Positions 50,617 to 55,182 of a DNA stretch of 55,182 bases are shown piece by piece. How positions within the stretch are numbered: the first letter of the stretch is position 1; every line of letters begins with the position of its first letter. The position numbers and the translations under genes were made by a program. A model generated the notes under the pieces. It searched no databases. It saw only the letters and a list, made by a program, of their open reading frames with translations, and was not told the DNA's origin. Source of the DNA: Tricharina praecox. Lineage: Eukaryota. The stretch covers positions 744,001 through 799,182 of the forward strand of contig NW_026250420.1 in assembly GCF_024521635.1 (NCBI RefSeq), given 5' to 3'.

Positions 50617-50669
50617 CTCTCCCGCCACAAAACGGAATGGTTGGTAATTGTGACACTCTGGTAGGTATC

Positions 50670-51097
50670 TGTAACGGCACTGTCGGGCAAGGCTGCAGGT
50701 AGCCAAGTCGGGCTGGGGATCGGGTTCTGGGTTCGGTAGAGGCAAGACGGGTTCAGGGTACAAGGTGAGGCAGGGCTCAGTGCAGACGGCAACTGAGAAC
50801 AGAGACAGGGACAAGGACTACGGCGCAGACGGCAGCCGAGGCAAGGACAGAGGTAACAGTGATTGAATTAACAAGTTGTTGCGTGAAGAACTAAATACAG
50901 AGGGGCAACAGCCCGTTTATATAGAAAATCCTCCACTTCTTCCCGCAACCTGACAATGACCGTGGGCGTGTGCCAGACCCTAAGAAATCCACCTTGGCAG
51001 TACCCTGCTTCTGTGACTCATACCCTGTGCAGCCGCACCACCCCTGCTTCCTGCACACAGCCCCAATCCCCTGCGACTCATTACTGCGCTATCCCTG
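50670..51097 (-). mobile_element. Family A LTR, interrupted by the next LTR
   Basis: Starts TGTAACGGCAC, colinear with the solo LTR for ~410 bp, then cut by a new TGTAAC. Confidence 0.85.
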
Positions 51098-51215
51098 TGT
51101 AACGGCACGGTCGGGCAAGGCTCCAGGTAGCGAAGCCGGGCTGAGGATTGGGTTCTGGGTTCGGCAGAGGCAAGACAGGTTCAGGGGACAAGGTGAGGCA
51201 GGGCTCAGTGCAGAC
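51098..51215 (-). mobile_element. Family A LTR fragment, interrupted after CAGAC
   Basis: First 118 bp of the LTR, then a new TGTAAC at 51216. Confidence 0.85.
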
Positions 51216-52838
51216 TGTAACGGCACGGTCGGGCAAGGCTCCAGGTAGCGAAGTCGGGCTGGGGATCGGGTTCTGGGTTCGGTAGAGGCAAGACGGGTTC
51301 AGGGGACAAGGTGGGGCAGGGCTCAGTGCAGACGGCAACTGAGAACAGAGGCAGGGACGAGGACTACGGTGCAGACGGCAGCCGAGGCAAGGACAGAGGT
51401 AACAGTGATTGAATTAACAAGTTGTTGCGTGAAGAACTAATTACAGAGGGGCGCCGGCCCGTTTATATAGGAAATCCTCCACTTCTTCCCGCAACCTGAC
51501 AATGACCGTGGGCGTGTGCCAGACCCTGAGAAATCCTCCACGCCGATACCCCCGCTCCAGTGACTCACAGCCTGCGCTGCCGCGCTACCCCTGTCTCCAA
51601 CACACAGCCCCAATTTCTCCGACTCATTCCTGCATTGCCGCCTGCGCAGCCGCCTGCGCAGCCCCTGCGCTGCCTTCCGGCCCCTATTCCGGCTCTTCCT
51701 CAAACTTTCCGTGGTGAGCTGTGACAGTAGCCCCTCCTCAGGCTCGAGTTCCCACGAGAGCAAGTTGGACTGGTCCAGGCTTCATCGGGTACCGTTGGTG
51801 GAAGCCGTCCACCGCTTGTACGTCTGCCAGGTTCTCCTCGGGTTCCCACGTCGGTGCTGCGAAACCCCTCCACTTGACTAGGTACTGGAGTCTTCCCCTC
51901 AGCGTTCGGCTGTCCAGCACTTCCTCCACCTCCCATTCTTCCTGGTCGTTCAGGATTACCGGCAATGGTGCATCAGGATCTGGCCGGGGAGGGGGTCGTC
52001 GGCGGATGCGTGGAGGAGGGACACTGGAAAGGTGCGGTGCTTCTGGATGGTGTTGGGGATGTCTAGTTCGTATGCGTGGGTTCCGATGGCTCTGGTAATT
52101 CGATAGGGTCCGTGGTGGTTGTTTTCCAGTTTCCGGCTGGGTCGCTCGGTCCGCCAGTTTCGGCCGTCCACCCATACCATGTCTCCAGGCTGGAAGGCCG
52201 GTGCGGGGGTTCGGTGCTGGTCCGTGTTGTCCTGCTGCCGTGCCTGGGCATAGCGCATCTCGCTGCGGGCAACGTTGTGGATCTGCTGGAGCCGCTCTGC
52301 CGCTGTCTGTGCATCTTGTTCTTCGTTTGTGTCGGTTCGGATATCAAGCTCGAAGTCACAACGCGGGTGGTAGCCAAGGTTACCAAAGAACGGGGACAGG
52401 GTGGTGGTGTCGGATGCCTGGTTGTTGCCAGTGAACTCTGCCAAGAATAGGTAGTCAACCCAGCCGTCCTGCAGGTAGCTCACGTATGCTCGGAGGTGTT
52501 GTTCCATGACTGCGTTCATCCTTTCCGTTTGGCCGTCGGCCTGAGGGTGGAACGCGGTGGAGAGCCGTGCGTCGATCTTGAGGCAGGCGCCCAGGTGTTT
52601 CCAGAATCGTGACGCGAACTGGGGGCCTCGGTCCGAGAGAATGGTGTCGGGTAGCCCGTTGTATTTGAAGATCCGGTCGCAGAACAGTTCCGCCAGTCCC
52701 TCCGAGGTGATGGTCGTGTTGCAAGGGAGTAGGTGTTGTTGCTTGGTGAGCCGGTCCACGAAGACACATATGGCGTCGAATCCTTTCGAAGGCGGCATTC
52801 CGGTTACGAAATCGACGGAGATGTGTTGCCAGGGTTTC
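51216..52838 (-). mobile_element. Ty3/gypsy chromovirus (family A): 3' LTR 51216-51726, PPT and 3' end of pol
   Basis: Complete 511-bp LTR; minus-strand polypurine tract GAGGAGGGG next to it; integrase and chromodomain coding sequence. Confidence 0.92.
51738..52838 (-). pseudogene. Retrotransposon integrase plus chromodomain, frameshifted and interrupted
   Basis: PWQHISVDFV, VDRLTK, ILSDRGPQF, STAFHPQADGQTERMN (DDE core) and a GPY motif. The chromodomain EWEVEEVLDSR...YLVKWRGF...TWEP is in another frame (shift near 51978). The 5' side is cut by the family B LTR. Confidence 0.9.
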
Positions 52839-53546
52839 TGTGACACCCCGATAGGTATCGGAGGTCACGACGGTCGCAAGAGATGTGATTAGATAGTTCC
52901 TGTGATTAGAATAGAGTTGCGAGCCGAAAGGATAGTTAGAAGCGATCAAGGACAAGATAGGAAGGAGGGAGCAAACGGATTCCAGAGTCTAGACAGTGAT
53001 CGGAGATGCGGGAGATCGGGATAACAGTCCAGAGGACTTTGAGATCTCCGATCATAGGGCCCCGCAGTAGGAACTCCGATCCAGGAAAAAACTGTTATGA
53101 CGAGAGAATCGAACATCGACCGATGGGGGCAGACAACTTCGAGCGAAGAACTCTGCCGGCGCATGAGGGAGATAATTGCTCGGAAACTCCGATCTATCTT
53201 GGGCGCGTGGTGTTTACCACCTGCCTAGTCGAGAAGACTATCCGAAGAGAGCTGACGACGATTCAAGGCTAGGCCGCGGAACTCCGATGCAAAGGAAGCA
53301 ACGGAGCTACGTTAGGCCGCACTCTAGAGGAATCACGTGCTGAGGATCGGGACGACTATAAGTCGAACCGAGCGGGCAACCGAACAAACTACAATGATCG
53401 CACCGAACAAACCATCGAACAAACACCCTTAAGATTATTCCGCTGTGAATTATCGAAATCCCTGACTTTTATTCTATCCTCGATTTTACTATAGACTCCG
53501 ACGACACAAACCCGTCCCAGTCTCACACTATAATCTTAAGGTTACA
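52839..53546 (+). mobile_element. 5' LTR of a second Ty3/gypsy element (family B), ~708 bp
   Basis: Begins TGTGAC exactly where integrase homology stops and ends GTTACA 20 bp before the gag ATG; TATAAG at ~53357. Confidence 0.75.
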
Positions 53547-53566
53547 GTCACCGATTTCTATCGAAA

Positions 53567-55182
53567 ATGTCCTCCTCAAACCTCGACATGCTCCGCCTCG
53601 AACTTCCTCAGACCCTGAGCAATGCGCTCGTTAGCATCCCGCAAGCATCCGAAACCGTCGAAGTACGAAACCCGGCAGCCTGGCTCAGGCTGATGAACCA
53701 CCAATACCAAACGGCACAAAGAGACCTGCGCCAGCTTTACCAAGCATGCGATCAGAAGTTCAACGAAGAGGACTCCCGAATGCAGGAAATCAGAAGGAAC
53801 TACGAACAACTCTGCGATGGGGTCAAGTATGTGTACAACCTCTACGCTCACAATGCCGAAATGAATACAGAATGGCTTCGAACCGAGCTGTCAACGGTAG
53901 CGAACGCGACGCACGCCCTGAGCAGCGACGTATGGGCAGTCATTCGAGAACGTAACCAGAAAGACGAAGACAACCGCGAGTTGCAAAGCGTCGCAAACGC
54001 TCGGCTACAAGACGCCATCGTGTTCCTCGAAACGGCGCAAGTCGAACAACGCAGGGAGCAAGCGGTGTACAACCGCAACGTGGAAATTTGGGCAGGGAAA
54101 CAGGAAGAGAAGGCAGAATACCTCTACAAGGAGCAACAGCGAATCAAGGAAAAAATCGCTCGAGCAGAGAAAAAATTGAAGGCTGTAGAGGTAAGGACAG
54201 GGAAGGCGAAGGAAAAGGCCCCGGAGTGGGTAAACACTACCCCAAGAGGAGGATCGCGGGCAGAAAGGTCAGCAACAAGGGAAACTCCGGCAGGTGCAGG
54301 AATGTCCCCTCCTCCTCCACCCCCAAGACGTCCGGTGACTAAGCTTGGAGGTGATCCCTCGGATGAGGAACCATCGGATGATGACGATTCCATCCCCTTG
54401 CCGCGTCGTTCGCCGCCCCGTCACCGACACGCTCCGCTACCAAGAGAAGACGACGAAGACGAAGAGAGTCGCTTCGCTCGGATCATCGCTGCTGCCGTCT
54501 CCGCATCGAACCCGAGGGCCATCAAGCTTAAAATGAAAGAGCCCAAGCCGTTCGATGGCAAGCAAAGAACAGCCTTCCGTCCATGGTGGGACTCAGTTGA
54601 AGAATATCTTGAGTTCCACCCAGAGACAAACGAGCAGCAGAAGATAGCGTGGGTGGGATCCCGACTGGAAGGGACAGCGGCAGAATGGCATCAGGCCCGT
54701 CGAAAAAGCCTGAGGCAGCTACACTTGGAAGATACCTGGCAGGCGTACCAAGAGGCACTCAAGGAGGCGTACCGCGACACGCAGGAAGGAGCGAACGCAT
54801 TAAGAAGGATGTGGGCCCTCGAATACAAAGGAGACATTCAGGCTTACATGACCTCCTTCCGATCGCTCAACATGATCGCTCGCGCCACCGGCGAACCGCT
54901 ACAAGACATAGTCAACCAGGCCATGACTACCGACATCGTCGATATGTGCTTCAACCAGCACACTGAACCCTACGAAGACGATGAAGACTTCCTGGAAACG
55001 GTGCTCAGGGCTGGCAACCATGTGGAACGACGGGACGCGCTGAAGAAGGCAAGGGCAATGAGGAAAGGGGGATCGGGTAGTCAGGGTTCCGGCGGCGACC
55101 GGAAGGGACCTGGCAACGGCCGGCAGGGCCAAGGAAAGGGCAGAGACCCTGGGGGCCGCAAGGAAAGCGGGGAGTCCCCGGA
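53567..55182 (+). CDS. gag: Ty3/gypsy Gag (capsid) of family B element, runs off the window
   Basis: Appears open from ATG 53567 to the window end (absent from the ORF track). LKMKEPKPFDGK...FRPWWDSVEEYL...KIAWVGSRLEGTAAEWH...DTWQAY...LEYKGDIQAYMTSF is retrotransposon-gag-like. Confidence 0.85.
   Translation, partial: MSSSNLDMLRLELPQTLSNALVSIPQASETVEVRNPAAWLRLMNHQYQTAQRDLRQLYQACDQKFNEEDSRMQEIRRNYEQLCDGVKYVYNLYAHNAEMNTEWLRTELSTVANATHALSSDVWAVIRERNQKDEDNRELQSVANARLQDAIVFLETAQVEQRREQAVYNRNVEIWAGKQEEKAEYLYKEQQRIKEKIARAEKKLKAVEVRTGKAKEKAPEWVNTTPRGGSRAERSATRETPAGAGMSPPPPPPRRPVTKLGGDPSDEEPSDDDDSIPLPRRSPPRHRHAPLPREDDEDEESRFARIIAAAVSASNPRAIKLKMKEPKPFDGKQRTAFRPWWDSVEEYLEFHPETNEQQKIAWVGSRLEGTAAEWHQARRKSLRQLHLEDTWQAYQEALKEAYRDTQEGANALRRMWALEYKGDIQAYMTSFRSLNMIARATGEPLQDIVNQAMTTDIVDMCFNQHTEPYEDDEDFLETVLRAGNHVERRDALKKARAMRKGGSGSQGSGGDRKGPGNGRQGQGKGRDPGGRKESGESP

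Noticed and set aside
51950..51990. Programmed frameshift between integrase and chromodomain
   Set aside because: No slippery heptamer; a 1-bp loss in an already interrupted copy is simpler.

Overview
Eukaryotic, intron-containing fungal DNA: a filamentous ascomycete with GT-AG introns of ~50-140 bp and CTRAC-type branch points. The style of genes and repeats suggests Pezizomycetes, but that is inference only. About 14 host genes are supported: mitochondrial seryl-tRNA synthetase (partial), a GPI-anchored Pro/Thr/Tyr-repeat wall protein, a secreted choice-of-anchor-B protein, two low-complexity unknowns, FYV4/mS41, a C2H2 transcription factor, DGAT2 (with QPHG instead of HPHG), a fucosyltransferase-like type II membrane protein, a His/Cys-rich secreted protein, a JMJD7-like JmjC dioxygenase, a stand-alone SesB-like alpha/beta hydrolase, an F-box/ankyrin protein and a ~1600-aa Pro/Gln-rich protein. 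Mobile DNA comprises two MITEs (one PIF/Harbinger-like with TTA TSD, one Tc1/mariner-like with TA TSD) and, in the last 5 kb, a nested stack of Ty3/gypsy LTR retrotransposons. Intergenic DNA is rich in microsatellites. No rRNA, tRNA or CRISPR array could be supported. I found no clearly new biological system; the best leads are listed as findings. Exon coordinates were derived by hand and may be off by a few bases.
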